Shown piece after piece: positions 29,200-42,806 of a stretch of 64,000 nucleotides of DNA. The DNA is taken from contig JALDTO010000098.1 of NCBI GenBank assembly GCA_023515725.1, forward strand, positions 584,164 through 648,163, written 5' to 3'. A program made the position numbers and the translations under genes. Under the pieces are notes generated by a model. The model was not told the origin of the DNA. It made no database searches and was given only the letters and a program-made list of their open reading frames with translations. The first letter of the stretch is position 1. Each line of letters starts with the position of its first letter. This DNA is from Amoeboaphelidium protococcarum X5. Its lineage: Eukaryota > Fungi > Aphelidiomycota.

Positions 29200-30930
29200 A
29201 TGTCTCGCTATTTCCGATAAGCGCCGAGTGCCCATGCGTCTCTAAACTTCCCAACTGAAGTATTCTAGACATGGTATAGCGGCGGCCAAGTGCTGATATA
29301 TGAAATTTTTAAATACGGTAGATATAGCAGAAATGTGGCCTACTCTCACATGTTCAATCATCTGCACTATTGCCTCTTGAATAATTAGCTGGAAGATGCC
29401 AGGCGGATATTCTTGGAGCTAATCTTGCATCCGCCTAGGACTATCACGGAGCATATGATAAAGATTGGATTGCACTTGGTAATGCAGGCGGGGATGCGCG
29501 ATGCATCTCGCTACGCCCTAAATGACAGTTTAAATGATGATGATAACGATGATAACAACTAGCATGCAGTAGAATTTAGCGAAGAGTCCTAGAATGCAGT
29601 GCTTAGATATCTTTAGTGGTTGAGTACGCTGAGTCTGCGGCTTTTTCCGCGGGTGTCACCAGCTCATGTCCTTCATGACCACTTTATTCTGGAGCGCGTC
29701 TTCTACCTACTCTTCTTCCATATGGACAAGGAGGCGTATGATTATATGGACTAGTGCTTGCATACTAGTCGCTGTGCATCTATACCGCTTCATAATGCAT
29801 ATGGTGGAATGATTGCGTATTCGCTCAGTCGTGGAGATGTTGATAATGCCTACTTCCACAAGGCTAAGCAGTTGCTGGAGAAGAGTATTAATGAGTTGGG
29901 GTTTTATGATTGCGCCACTGTATGCAGTTACATGGATCTTCTCCTTGCTGAAAGGGATTATAAGGCACTTTGTGGATTTATTACAACTTTGTAATCAAAG
30001 ACTGAAGAATCTATGGCATACTCTTCGTTAAAGTCTAATGTAGTTAAATGGACATATGCGGAGATTTACAGGGTCATCATGCTCATTTTAAATAGAATGG
30101 AAGACGCGTAATAGGATGATAATCCCTATGAAATTGCTGCGATATCTAATGATAATATTCAGAATGTCGATCTAGATCTATCGCTTGATGAAGCGAAAGC
30201 TTTATATGTTGGCGCGATAGTTGAGAGCATAAAAAGTGATCCTCAAGGTATTGACTGGATGGATTAGTTGTAACCAGTCGTGAATGATTTTGTTGATACT
30301 GAGCATAGATCTGATGTTTTAGTATGTCTATTGCATTACGCGGACTGTCTGCCTTTGGTGTGGTAATTATCTCCTGCTGATCTACAAGAAAAGTCACTTT
30401 CATAGAGACTAGAAGTATAGTATCAAGTATGGTCCACTTTGTTCTTTTCTTACTTTTAACAGGCAGGAGAGGACTACATTTAATTTGTGGAAGAGATTGA
30501 GTAGCGACTTCGGTGGTGGAGTAGAAAGTTTTTCAGATTGACTTTATTGGATGAAGCTGAGCATTTGTAACGGCTAATGACCAAGGCTGTTGATGGAAGC
30601 TCTTCTTCTGCCACTATTGATCCTGGTATGGTTGTTGGTAATAACTTGGATGATAATGATGATGATCTTATGGACTAGGATGAACATCTTGAACGCGCGT
30701 TGGAAAATTTGGTCAATATAACTCTTGTCAAGTGTGGTATTCATTAATAACTAGAACTGGCATTCCCTGACCAAGTCAAAAAGTATAAACCACTACCGTC
30801 AGAGTTGGAGTATATAGAGAATAATGAATAATAGTCCATGCATTCAATGTTAGTTCAGCATCTCACATCAAAAGGTACCAGAGAACTTTGCACAATGTTG
30901 GATGTAGACATGAATTTGTATATGGGTTGA
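29200..30930 (+). CDS. Helical-repeat protein, possibly RNA Pol I factor Rrn11/TAF1A-like (576 aa)
   Basis: Open table-6 frame; HMFNHLHYCLLNNQLEDARRIF and LERVFYLL...HNAYGGMIAY resemble Rrn11/TAF1A motifs as I recall them. Confidence 0.45.
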
Positions 30931-31048
30931 TCTGATTATTTAAAGTTTTTGTTTAAATGCTGGTTTTTGAATAGTTATTGAAGCATGATGATTTCTAACT
31001 GTAAAAGATGCGCAATTATATAAAGTTAATCATTTTATTTAATTATAA

Positions 31049-32254
31049 TCACTTTCTCTATTGCAACTGACGCCAGTAATGAGTCTCCCCGAAAGTGGCT
31101 GGAGAATCGACAAATTCATCACTTCTAAAGTGACGTACGAATCTGATCAACAGAGCCTCTGTATTCTACGGTCTCAGACCAACATCCTGAAATTTGCCTA
31201 CAGAATACTCTTGACCACCAATTACAGTGGAAACATCGTGGACAGTATCGGAGATAGTTGCTCTGTCAACATCGTGCTAATTGTAACGATTCAATGGATT
31301 GACAGCTGCGATCTGACCCATAATAGAGCGATACAATTTGTGTGGGACATTCAGAGGGAAGTAGGGACGGCGTGCATACTCGCAAAATAGCCTCACAAAC
31401 TCACGATACACATAGCGATCAGGACCATGGAATTCATAAACTTTATGAGGCTATTCCACATTAAGAATGTTGTAAATAGCGTGCGCAACATCTCCAACAT
31501 ACACAGGATTGAACTATCTTTCGCCACCATGAACCATCGGAATATAACCACCAGTGGCCCATCTCTTCACAGGATGAGTGACCGTGGTACCTAGGTATTA
31601 AGTCAATCTATCCTCCCAACCAAACATCTGCCCAGGACGTACGATTACAGCTCCATCATGCTCCTTCAACACTGCCTCTTCACCGCGACCTTTGCTAGCA
31701 TAGAACTGGGATGGAGATAAAGGATCGCTATTCAGAGCGGAGACATGAACAAATCTGGCCACGCCAACTTCCCTGGCCACACGGGCGATATTACGCGCAG
31801 CATCAACGTGAACACCATCAAATGTGAAGTTTCTAGTCTCATAATCACGACCCACCAGATTGAATACAGTATCCGAGTGTCTCATACATTCCACCAGCGA
31901 GTCATCATCGCGACTATCAAATCGCAGAGGAACCACCTGGCCCAGATCTCCAGTCACCTTGAGATGACGAACATCTTCGGGGGATCCTCGGTAGGCAACG
32001 ACCACCTGCGATCCTCTCTTGGCCAACTGCTGAACCAGATACCGACCAAGAAAACCGGTACAGCCAAACACGGTGACTGTGTGGCCACTATTGGACATTC
32101 TACCACCACCGCCTTGCTTAATAAATTTACCCTTGAACAACGGATCTCCAACAGTCAGTGCATTCGGAGCCACAGATTTCGATGATGCAGCCACCTAAGT
32201 TCCCTCTTGACTAGACACTTTAGTCGCCAACTATCTGCACTATTTTAGAAACAT
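31049..32254 (-). CDS. NDUFA9: NADH:ubiquinone oxidoreductase 39/40-kDa subunit (401 aa)
   Basis: GGGRMSNSGHTVTVFGCTGFLGRY, LKVTGDLGQV, NLVGRDYETRNF, SKGRGE. Confidence 0.95.
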
Positions 32255-32391
32255 TATTCAGGATAATCCAATGAATATATAATATTTTCCACTATGAAAA
32301 CTCTCTCTATAAGCAAAACAGTACAGCTGCTCAGTTCTATCGAGTAAGAAGGAAAGATTCAACGAACGAGCGACGAAAAAAAGATGATCAA

Positions 32392-32404
32392 GCGAACGAA
32401 CGAA
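32392..32404. promoter_or_regulatory. GCGAACGAACGAA motif 138 bp upstream of the NDUFA9 ATG
   Basis: Identical to 5087-5099; an extra partial copy AACGAACGA lies at 32361. Confidence 0.5.
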
Positions 32405-33019
32405 AGGGCATTTGATAGTAGCAACTCTCCCATCCTTGTACGCTGTTGTACGTGAGATGAGAACATTGCGAAGATATCATTAACGCGTTTCTGATGTAAA
32501 ACTAATAAAAACATTGTCCAATGTATACAGTTAAAGCAAGTAACATAAGTAGATTTGCATATAATTAAGACAACACCGGTGTAGGTTCAGTCCATTTGTG
32601 AAAAGAAGAAATTCAATTAGAACTACAGTATCATGATTATTATCCTGTCATGGTAAATTAAATGAAAGATACTGAAAAAGTATGCAACCGGATGTCTGGT
32701 TCTATTAGTATCACGAAAGGAAGGAAGTCTTTATTCCCTTAAAAGAGCATGCTATTATCTAATTATACTGTAGGTTCAAATCGGGAGAATTCTCAGATGT
32801 TTCAGATGACCAAACAAGCGCGTATCGCTCTCTCTCTCTCTCTCTCTGTCTCTCTGTTTGAGTAGGTAAAACTTGTCTGGGCTCGCGGGAAGAAGTGGCG
32901 TTTCAGATTCTCCATTGCTCTGTTCCTTTCCATCTCATAAAACGTTCACGCTACCTCAACACTCTTCTCTAAAGATCATTATATTTGCATTTAGCTCTTC
33001 CGTACGTTAATTTTCTACT

Positions 33020-34129
33020 ATGAATTATACTTCGGGTGCTGTGTTTGGTAGTTTTACCGATCAATTACCGCTCAACTATGAGTAAGTATAATACTTTCAG
33101 TTTTTATTACATCTTTGTGTGATTACGTAATGACAATAGTGTAGACTAAGTTGGTTTGAACAGTTTTGGCTGGAATTGTACAAGGGACGTGATCCGATTG
33201 TGGTGACTACTATTCTGTCCTTTACTATGCATGAGATTGCATACTTCTGCAGATACTTGCCGTTCATGCTATGTGACTATATCCCTGCCTTGCGCAAGTA
33301 CAAGATTCAAGACCGCGAGAATACACCAGCCATGCTTCAAAAGTGTTTTCGCACCATCATTATTTAACACTTGTTTGTCTAATTGCCTATGCAGATTGGT
33401 TTTCATCCAACCGCTGAGGCTATGGGCATGAAGGTCACGTAAGTGCCTCTACCGTCCTGGTTTAGAATGATCATGGAATCGTGTCTATTTCTGGTGATTG
33501 AAGACTTTTATCACTATGTGTTTCATAGAATTTTGCATCACAAGCTGATCTATAAGAAAATTCACAAGGTTCATCATGAATTCAGTGCCCCGTTTGGTAT
33601 GACTGCCGAGTATGCCCACCCTGCCGAGACTCTGATTTTGGGTATAGGCACTATTTTGGGTCCTTTCATGTACGTGTTTGCCTTGAATCAACTTGGTCTG
33701 AGTGGAAAGGTGCCAGGAGATGGTTTACATATTTTGAGTGTCTTCTTCTGGGTGGTTGTTAGATTAGTTTAAGCAGTTGATGCTCATTCTGGCTACGATT
33801 TTCCATGGAGTTTGCACAATTGGATGCCGTTCTGGGCTGGTGCAGATTTTCACGATCATCATCATATGGCGTTCCTGGGTAACTATGGCTCTAGTTTTAG
33901 AATCTGGGACTGGGCTTTCGGCACTGATAAGCGATATAAAGCATATAAGGCTGCAAAGAAGGCTGCGTCGATGAAGGGCGGTTATAAAGCGGTGGAAGTT
34001 ACTGAGGATGAAGCATACGGTTTTGTTTCAGCGGCGAAATCAGAGCCATCTGCCGCTTCCGGTAAGAGCTTTGGCGATGAATCTGACGTGAGTAACGTTG
34101 TCCTCTCTGGTCACACAAAAGAAGAGTGA
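33020..34129 (+). CDS. ERG25: C-4 methylsterol oxidase; intron 33082-33144
   Basis: [62 protein letters not shown]. Confidence 0.92.
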
Positions 34130-34400
34130 TTAATTTATTGTGCTCAGTAGTATTTTATATTGTGTTCTTGAGTCTTTGTTATTTTTATCATCCATATGGA
34201 GCTACTTACAAGTGCAGTTTTTTTGCATTGTAGTAACCAGCCCTTGTTGGTTGCCATGATGTCAAAAATAGATCACCTTTAGCTTGGATACCAGATGGGA
34301 ACCATCAGTAGTATATTTTTATATTTTTAAATGCTTATACCTAATAATTCAGTCAATAAGATTAATTGTGACTTGTACAATATCAAAAGTGACTTGAACC

Positions 34401-37400
34401 ATGGTAAACTGGCTGGCTATTTCTACATTGGTTACTGCTTTCGCGTGGTAGATTAGTGCAGCAGCGAATTATGACTTTACCAATTGCACTGGAGTTAATG
34501 ACACTCTCAGGTCATAGATTCAGAATCAAACTGTTTTGGACACTTTATTCTATCAGAGTATAGATTCTTCTGCTTTTGTGAATGAATCCTATAGTTTGAA
34601 GCAGGCCAACTGCTAAGCCTCAAACTCAACTGGCGCGTGCTTTCAAGTGGACTATCGTTATAACTTGACCTCCTCCCCTCTAGATGTTGTCAACCAAGTA
34701 CAAGATGGGTATTGTGTGAGCTATACTGAATTGGGTGTAAATGCCACTAATACTGCTCAAACCACCACAACAACAACAGCTACTACTACTACGTCTCCAA
34801 CTCCAACATTTACTGCAATGCCAAATTTTAATTTCACCAAGGTGCTTAATCCGGGAATCAGTCCAGTTGATTAGATTGCCCAACAATTCCAGTACGTATC
34901 TGTCCCGAGTATCTATACTCCGAACGGTGCGCTTCCATATGCTTATGATGGCCCTCTGAATTGGTTTGTAAGTATGGCGCGTCCTTTTAGGGAGTCACTT
35001 ATGCGTTCATATGTCCTGTAAATGTTTGATGCCAATAACTTTTACGATATTGGTACTATTTTGAGTAACAGCACTGCGGCTATCATTGTTGTTGTGATAA
35101 CTTTTCTGTTGGCACTGCTGTCTCTGCTCAGCGCCCCTTTCATGATTCATGGGTTCTACAGGTAGGTGCAGAAGGAGAAAATGCGGAAGAAGAAGGCTTT
35201 GTAGGAAGAGAAAGAAGTTCAAGACGCTGAGGTGGCAGCTGCCAAGGGCCTTACTGCCAGAGATCTGGAGAAGGAGCGTGAGAGAAAGCTGCGTGAGAAG
35301 AAGAAGCAGAAAGCTCTGATGGGAGATGATGATGACAAGAGCGAGAAGATACGTATCTACTCCTTCTCCCAGCGTCTCAATGCTGTCTTCTTTCTGCTGA
35401 TAGTTTTAGGTTTGCAGTTGAGTTGTCTGATTATAACTTCCGTGGCATCTGCCCAAGCGGACAACTCTTTCGATTCATTTACAAAGACTGCGTTCAAATC
35501 GCTTGGGATGCTAAAGAATAGTACAACTACTCTCGAATAATCTTTTGCCACCATGTATTCTAATTAGACAATGTCCAACTACGCCTACTCTGTCACTAAG
35601 CTGCCGTAAGCTAAATTTACTCAGAACATGTTTCCACTGTTATATCCTAATACATCAATCTTTTTGGCTAATATGACTGGATTATAGTAGAATTTGAGAT
35701 AATATATGGGGAATGTATCAGAATTCTCGTCGAACATTGATGAGTTGAAGTTGCTGGTTGAACAGTTAAACAATTATGTTACTAGTGCTCTGAGTGATAT
35801 GCAAAGTCCTTAGATTCCGGATTGTGTGATTAAGTCATAATTTCTACCAACACTGTATAGTGACACTGTTGCTAGTGTGGATTTCGATGGGTTATCTTCT
35901 TTTGGCGCTCAAGTGGCCAAGATCAATGATAGTTTGCCCTCAATTGATACCTAAAGTGGATTGTATCAGAGTTATATTTAGTCCATGTACGATTCGGTCA
36001 ATATTCCGATGATCGATTTATTGGCTCAGAATTTGTATAATTTTGGAGTAAAAGTTCAAGCCAATAGTCGTGCTGGTATGTAATTTGCTAATGTAGCGTT
36101 ATCAAATGCCACAAGAGACGCGTAATCGGCACTGAATCAAGGAGCCTCTCTTATGGCCTTCAGATCTAATGGTGCATACGTTGCAATAATGTTTAGCTTT
36201 TTTGCTACTCTGGCCAGTGCTTTGCTACTGCTTTTTGGTCGATTTAGATTTGTAAGATTCATGAATGTTTGTCACGCTTTAATTCTTGCAACTTTCTGGG
36301 CTCTGTGTGGATTAACTCTGGTATTTGCCTATCTCAATGTCAATATGTGTAATGCAGCTAACGAGAGGTTCACCACATGGCAGCCTGGATTAAATGTTTT
36401 GGCTCCCGGCATGGATGTTCCAAAGTTTATCAACCAGGCATATTTCAGTCGTTAGAACTGTCTGGCTAATAATTCGCGCGCTTACATTCAGATGACTGTC
36501 AACTATGTTGAAGATAGACTGGCTGCTCAGGATCGAGATTTGGGCGCATCTCTGTAGTCTAGTATAAATATCACAAGAATGGCTGGAGAGTTGTCAGGAT
36601 CGGCTGGAGGAGCTTATAATTTTGGTAGTTTTTAGGCGGCTGTCCGAGATGGATTGATTTATATTGTAAACAATCTACAAGGAGTGGATGATAAACTTAA
36701 AGAGATTGTAGGGACTTTGGTGTCAGCACCGACGTCTCAATACGTAAATGCGTTGAATTAGCCTATTCTAAGACGATCTGATTTGGTAGATAACTCTCGA
36801 ATTCAACTTCTTGCTTATGTGAGTAATGTGAACGAGACATACTTTACCGCATCTGGTGATTAGACGCCAGCGCTTTGTTCAGACTAGTATAAAAATGTTG
36901 GCGTATCTCAGGTCAACGATGTGGTAGTGATCAAGATATAAACTTTGCTTAACCAAATTCAAGCAGCGTAGAGTAAAGCCAAGAACAATGTAAATAATCT
37001 TATAGATTTATATGTTCAGATATAGGTCAAAACTGATGGCATTTCAGCATATCGGAGCATATTTGGCGCTGTAGGATAGCGAATTTTGGATACGCTTGTA
37101 TAATCAGATCCATAAAATATATTTCCATCTCTAGTGTATCCGACTCTAGTCAGAATTGCAGCGGACATTATCGAGCCACTAGATAGGCTTGTTGATTGTT
37201 AGCCTATTGCTTAAGAGTTGGCTTAAGTTGAGGGACAGTGTTAGAGTTCCTTGGTGGGATTTGACGCCTCCTTCTGGGGATTCGGTGCTCTGGCCGTGCT
37301 GACTTTCTTATAGATTCGAGCACTGCTGATTTGCGCTGATAGACTGGCTGAAGATTCTAGATGGTTAATCATGGCTCTACTGTTGAGACAGACGAACAAG

Positions 37401-37529
37401 CAGGATTCTGCTACAGAAAAACTGGTAAAGAAGACCATCAGAACTAACGCTACTGGCACCTCGTATCTGGTGGAATAGGATTTTGATGTCAGCTTCAATG
37501 ATCCAACTCTAGCTCACACTCGTGTATGA
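34401..37529 (+). CDS. Large 5-TM glycoprotein with prominin-like topology (1042 aa)
   Basis: Signal peptide; TMs near 35060-35160, 35380-35450, 36175-36240, 36265-36335 and 37255-37310; two large N-glycosylation-rich loops. Confidence 0.5.
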
Positions 37530-37779
37530 TGAAATGATGAATGGTAGTGTATGATTGTGACTTAATAAACATAGATTTCACTGAATTCAAGTAGCATAAG
37601 TAAACTCACATTTTATCAAACCGTTATAGTTATGAGATCCTCAAGCTGACAGCTCACGACTATTCAAATGATGACGCGACACTGTTAATAAAGCAAATGC
37701 TGCATTTACAGCGCAGTTTATACTCTCATTTTCCAACCATTATCTGACATTCCTGTAATAGCGTTAAGATTAGAAAAAG

Positions 37780-39114
37780 ATGAAGATCAACGCAGAGCCA
37801 ACGCCTTAAAAGAGAATCCTGTTCGTTTATGGATCCACCACAAACTTGTGCAGTTACACACTGCATGAGATAACCCAATCATATGCGATTCATGCTGCTC
37901 CTGTCGCATCTGGGAAATCGGTGCACTTTGATATGCACTGGGATTATGTCCTCGTTGGTGTTGATAGTTCAAAGTAATCCCAGGCTTCAGATAATCTGAA
38001 AGAAGTGTTCAGATCAGACAATATCATATTCAACACGTTTGATCCAAACAATAGTAATCAAGTAAGAGTCGCGTTGGCTGATGCTACGCATTGCCTTATT
38101 ATCCCAGATACTGACGACTAGCGCTTCCAGCACTTCAATGTTCTTTGTGGTGAAATATTCAAATCAAAGTCGATGGAATATGTGATGCTCGTATCTAGTC
38201 AAGGCTCACACCTGGGCAAGTCTGAATGGTTGAAAGAGTACGAAGCGATGGAAGAGCTGGTTAAGTCGCTTGAGTGTAATTTTTGCATTATCAGGATGGG
38301 GATCCAGATGGAACTAATGCTAGCACTATCGCAAGAAATCAAGAATGGTACACTTCCTCTTCCACTATCCAGTCATCGATTTGTACCAGTCAGTCTGGTT
38401 GACGTGGCAAGATTCATCGCCAGGACATTGATCAATTCAGATGATAATGAAAATAAGACTTTCGATCTGGTGGGAACTCAATCAGTCAATGGAGTACAGT
38501 TGGCCAATATTGCATCAGCAGCAGTCATGCATGATGTTCAGTATAATCCAGTGACATTTGACGCGTTTTATCAGTTGCTAAGACTTAAGGGATACTCTCA
38601 GAAGATGTCGAATGGTATAGTGGAGTGTTTCGACCTGCTGTGTGCTGACAAACTCGTTCATGAAGAGTCAAACTTTCTGAGATATGAGCTGCGAGACGAG
38701 ATTACCACAATATATGAATTCTTCACCCGTCATGTTGACCTCTATCGTGTGGTTGGCAAAGGCAAGTAGCGAAGAGTCGCGGGAGTTGAGCAGGAGCAGC
38801 AGTAACGTCATGGTGAGATTGACAGAGTCGAAAAGCTGCTACGTCAACAATATGAAATGATCCCAGCAGAGTATCATCACATGGTATTGTAAATAGTTGA
38901 GCTACTGCTAGACGACATTGCTGACATTCATGGAGAGTTGATTTAATGTAATCGCAGTGTCTCTAAGCTTCATGGTCATTTGAAACATTTTGTTCGCACC
39001 AGGCAGACAAAGTCGCCCACGCCTGAAAGTGGTCAAGCTGTATCATCCAAGACTCAAGATGTGACTTAACTCCAGTCCATCGCCGTGACTCCAACATATG
39101 CAGAATCTCGCTGA
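37780..39114 (+). CDS. NmrA-like NAD(P)-binding atypical SDR with C-terminal coiled coil (444 aa)
   Basis: EELVKSLECNFCIIRMG, VPVSLVDVARFIA, KTFDLVGTQSV. Confidence 0.7.
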
Positions 39115-39514
39115 AATTCTAGTTATTTACGCGTTTGAAACTAAAAAGATATGATTAAAGTTGGCATTTGATTTATGACTAAAAATACATCTTTTTGCAC
39201 ACTTATCATTCAAACTGAATTGAAATGTTGCTCATGGCATTACACCCATTAAAACACCCTATTATATCTTTTTTATACTTTCATTCTTATACATCGAATC
39301 AGATGATCATCCATTCAATAGTGATCAAAGCATGAGATGAAACCTTGTTCTCCTAGTGGCTCCAATCATATCATATCATGAGGTTGTAGTAACACTAGAT
39401 ACTGCTGCCGAGCGACTTCAACATTCCCACGTAAACTCTTCTTTACCTTTAATATCATAAATAAATTTAAACTGTTATACAAGTCAGATCCTCCTAAGTA
39501 AAATCATCTCTAAA

Positions 39515-39922
39515 TTGAAGTCCGTAATCTTAAATGCTCTGGTGGCCGTGATTGCTGCTGTTTCTGCCGCTCCTTCAAAGCCACAGCCGAGTGACGATGT
39601 AACTGTCATGTTCTACCGCTTTGCTAACACGAATTGCACTGGCCTTCCATCAGGTCGTTATCAACCAACTATTGGTGTTGTCGGCCATTGCGTGTCTTAC
39701 AGCGACGGCTCGCTGAAGGTCACCCAGAAGGCCAATAGTCCTAACGAATACATTGCTGAGAGTTTCAGTAGAAATGGCTGCTTCTTGGACCCAGTTCCAA
39801 ACTCCGGCTATCCCGTTGTGCCAGGCGTATACAATTCCAAGACTCCTGGTCAGTGTGTGAGCAATGGTCACTTCAGTTCGTAGATGATCTTTGTAAACTC
39901 CGCTGCCAATGTTCTAAAATGA
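39515..39922 (+). CDS. Small secreted Cys-containing protein, paralog of 54189-54590; TTG where the paralog has ATG
   Basis: xKSVILNALVAVIAAVSA signal peptide; aligns end to end with the paralog, including a conserved TAG=Gln followed by M.FV.SAA. Confidence 0.65.
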
Positions 39923-40063
39923 AGAAGGTGCATTATGAATTGCGCGTTAGTTGAATTGAAATGAAAGTAATAGGGACAAGTAGTTATAAACTATTTATTA
40001 GTTTCTTTTAATTATTTAGAGTATCATTCGGCTTCCAACATTTTTATTCGCCTGTACAATAGT

Positions 40064-42043
40064 TCAGTTAATATCGATGGCTCGGATCACCAGCCAGGAA
40101 TTCTAATTTCTCTTGCTAACTATTCTAACGCCATTAATACCTTTGCCTTACAACTGTCCCTACGCTTAACCATCACGAAATAGGCCCACCGTTACCCAGG
40201 GAGACTGTTCATCAAACTTAACTTATAAATCGCCATCCCATAAGAAGTCGCGATGTCGTTCCATTGGAAGGCCAGTCAGAACACTGATCTGATCAACATT
40301 AGATAGTCGTGATTTAAATATCACTTCAAAAGTATCGCCAGCTTGGACATTTTAATTAGACCAATAGTAAGTTGCAGCGTCTTCATCAAGCGCGAATTCT
40401 TCGTAATAGTTCCCATGCTTGCCCATAGTTGACGTGACAGTACAATCATAGCGCATCTTAGGCCTCGTAACTTAACCATCTCCAATAACGTCGACTCCCA
40501 TGACTTTGAGCCTCTCCAAGTGCACAGAATTCAGAAGCAAATGAAACTTGGGAAAAGTGTGCTTAACTTGAGGACTAGTCCACATTACAGAAGCAAATGC
40601 TGATAATCGTGGAAATATCTTTTACAAAACTAGATGTTCCGGCGCCCTCTCAGTCCACATGCAAGCTTCGGAGCCCAAGATCAGATGATGATACTTCTAC
40701 TCAAGTCCTTCCGGAATAGGCTGGAATGAGTAAACCTTTCTAATGTCAGTAACAGTCAGCGGATAATCAAAATAGACATGACTAGTTGGTGATATCAATG
40801 ATCTATGACCGCGCTAAAGTGCATGGTGTAACTGGTCATATCCACGCCAACTCTAAACAACGACGCTCTGAGGCAACTGATTTCCCTCCAAAATTTCATC
40901 CCACCCAATAATTGTCTTGTTAAACTTTTCAAGTCTATCCACCATCTAAGTGATAAACCAGCTCTAAAGCTGTTCAAAATCTAACAGATCGTTGTCCTAA
41001 ACTCTCTACTTGCATTTATCACATTAACGCCATTAAGATTTCGGACATTCATCACCACCAATGTGCACATGAGATACGTAATCACCAAACATTCCCAGAG
41101 CTTCTTCAAAAACTTTAGTCAGGAAATCCAGAGTATCATTGCTACCGGCGCAATAAACATGTTCAAATACTCCCCATGTATGAGGAACTTCAACTTTATA
41201 TCCAGAGCAAGAATATTGAGGATATGCAGCCAGGGCGGCCATACTGTGACCAGGCAATTCAATCTCGGGTACCACGCGAATTTGAAGATGCCTGGCTACT
41301 TACAAAATATCAGCAACATCTTACTTGGTATAAAATCCTCCATATATGCTCCCGTCCTCTTGCTTTCTGTATGATCCAATTTCATTCAAAAGAGAAAATT
41401 GTTAAGATTCTAATCTCCAGCCTTGATCATCAACTAAATGCCAATGAAATACATTCAACTTGTGATAGGACATCAAGTGGAGAACATGAATAATCAGCTG
41501 CTTGCTCATAAAATGACGAGAGCAGTCGAGCAACATCCCGCGCCACTAGTACTAGGGACTATCATGTATTGTACCACGAGGTACCTCAAAGTACTTCCAT
41601 CTTATACTCATCTGCGTGATAATATCGAACACACTCCGGATACTTCCAGCTAAAATCTAACTATGGACCATTTAAAATATGTTCAATTACCTGCTAGATT
41701 ATAAGATTTAACGCAAAGACTACAATGCATGTATAAGGCCCTTTTAGTGTACAGCTTTGATCTCGACTCTAGTCAGACTGATATCTAATGAGTATGCCTC
41801 TTCATTGTTCAGAGAGGTATCCTATTTACTACTACTAGTCATTTAGATTTGGCTTAACTTATTCCTTTCCATAACATTTACTATATCACAATCATAACAA
41901 GTCAATGCATGCTCCAAATCAGAGAGAATACTGAGAGGATAGTGAGCAGAGCCACCAATCAATAAACTATCCTAAGGCTGTGGAATGATACCGAACGGAT
42001 TCAGTGGATCAGGTTCAAAGTGACTATGAACAACAGCACCGAG
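40064..42043 (-). CDS. GH20 beta-N-acetylhexosaminidase with C-terminal F5/8-type (CBM32-like) domain; no ATG of its own before the N-terminal IIPQP motif
   Basis: IIPQP, EEAYSLDIS, WRGMLLDCSRHF, HWHLVDDQGWR, PEIELPGHSMAALAAYP, HIGGDE, ACMWTE; ends WLVIRAIDIN-TGA. Confidence 0.85.
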
Positions 42044-42806
42044 TCATCCGCTAATTTGATGCATCGCAATACTAAACACCATTAACAGTGGCATGGCTAG
42101 GAATAGCCACGTCTTCCATCTGCTAGTCTGTAATTGATTAGAAAATATCTTGTCCATTCTCTTATGCAAATCTTCTATAGAACCATCATTCATCACCACA
42201 TGATCAGCCAGATCCACCTTCTTCTTCATTGGCATTTAAGAATTGATTCTATTCTAAGCATCCTCCCGCGTCAACTCTGGATTCCTCTTCATCAATCGCT
42301 CCAATTAGACATCATCATCAGCATAGATCAATACATTGCAATGAGTGAATCTATTCAATCCACTTTCAAAGAGAAGCGGGATATCAAGTACGACAGTATC
42401 ATACGCACGAACATAGTAATACAGAACCTATCTCAAAATCTCCCATCTAATCTTTGGATGTGTGATTGAATTCAGCTTGGACTTTAAAGCATTATTCGCA
42501 AAAATCATCTTGCCCAACTTCTCTCTATCCAACTGACCGCCATTATCTTCGCGTACAACCTCAGCACCAAATGTCTTCACAATCTCTCTGTAAGCAGGTT
42601 GTCCCACTCTGACCACATCTCTCGCAATGACATCTGCATCAATTACCGGAATTTAGAGATTCTATTAAATGTATTAAGACGCCTACAAGGAGCAGGACAG
42701 GAAGGTATTAACTATAATGATGATGATTAGTAGAGCAAGATAAAGAGATGAAACACACCGTAGACTTTCCTGAGGCAATACCTCCCGTCAATCCAACTAT
42801 TAACAT
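42044..42806 (-). CDS. CAB5: Dephospho-CoA kinase with C-terminal TM segment; intron 42683-42758
   Basis: MLIVGLTGGIASGKST, PVIDADVIAR, LDREKLG, LNSITHPKI, DIPLLFE. Confidence 0.92.

Noticed and set aside
32828-32856. (CT)n/(GA)n tracts upstream of several genes (also about 5185, 19545, 22790)
   Set aside because: Ordinary promoter/5' UTR pyrimidine tracts with no further structure
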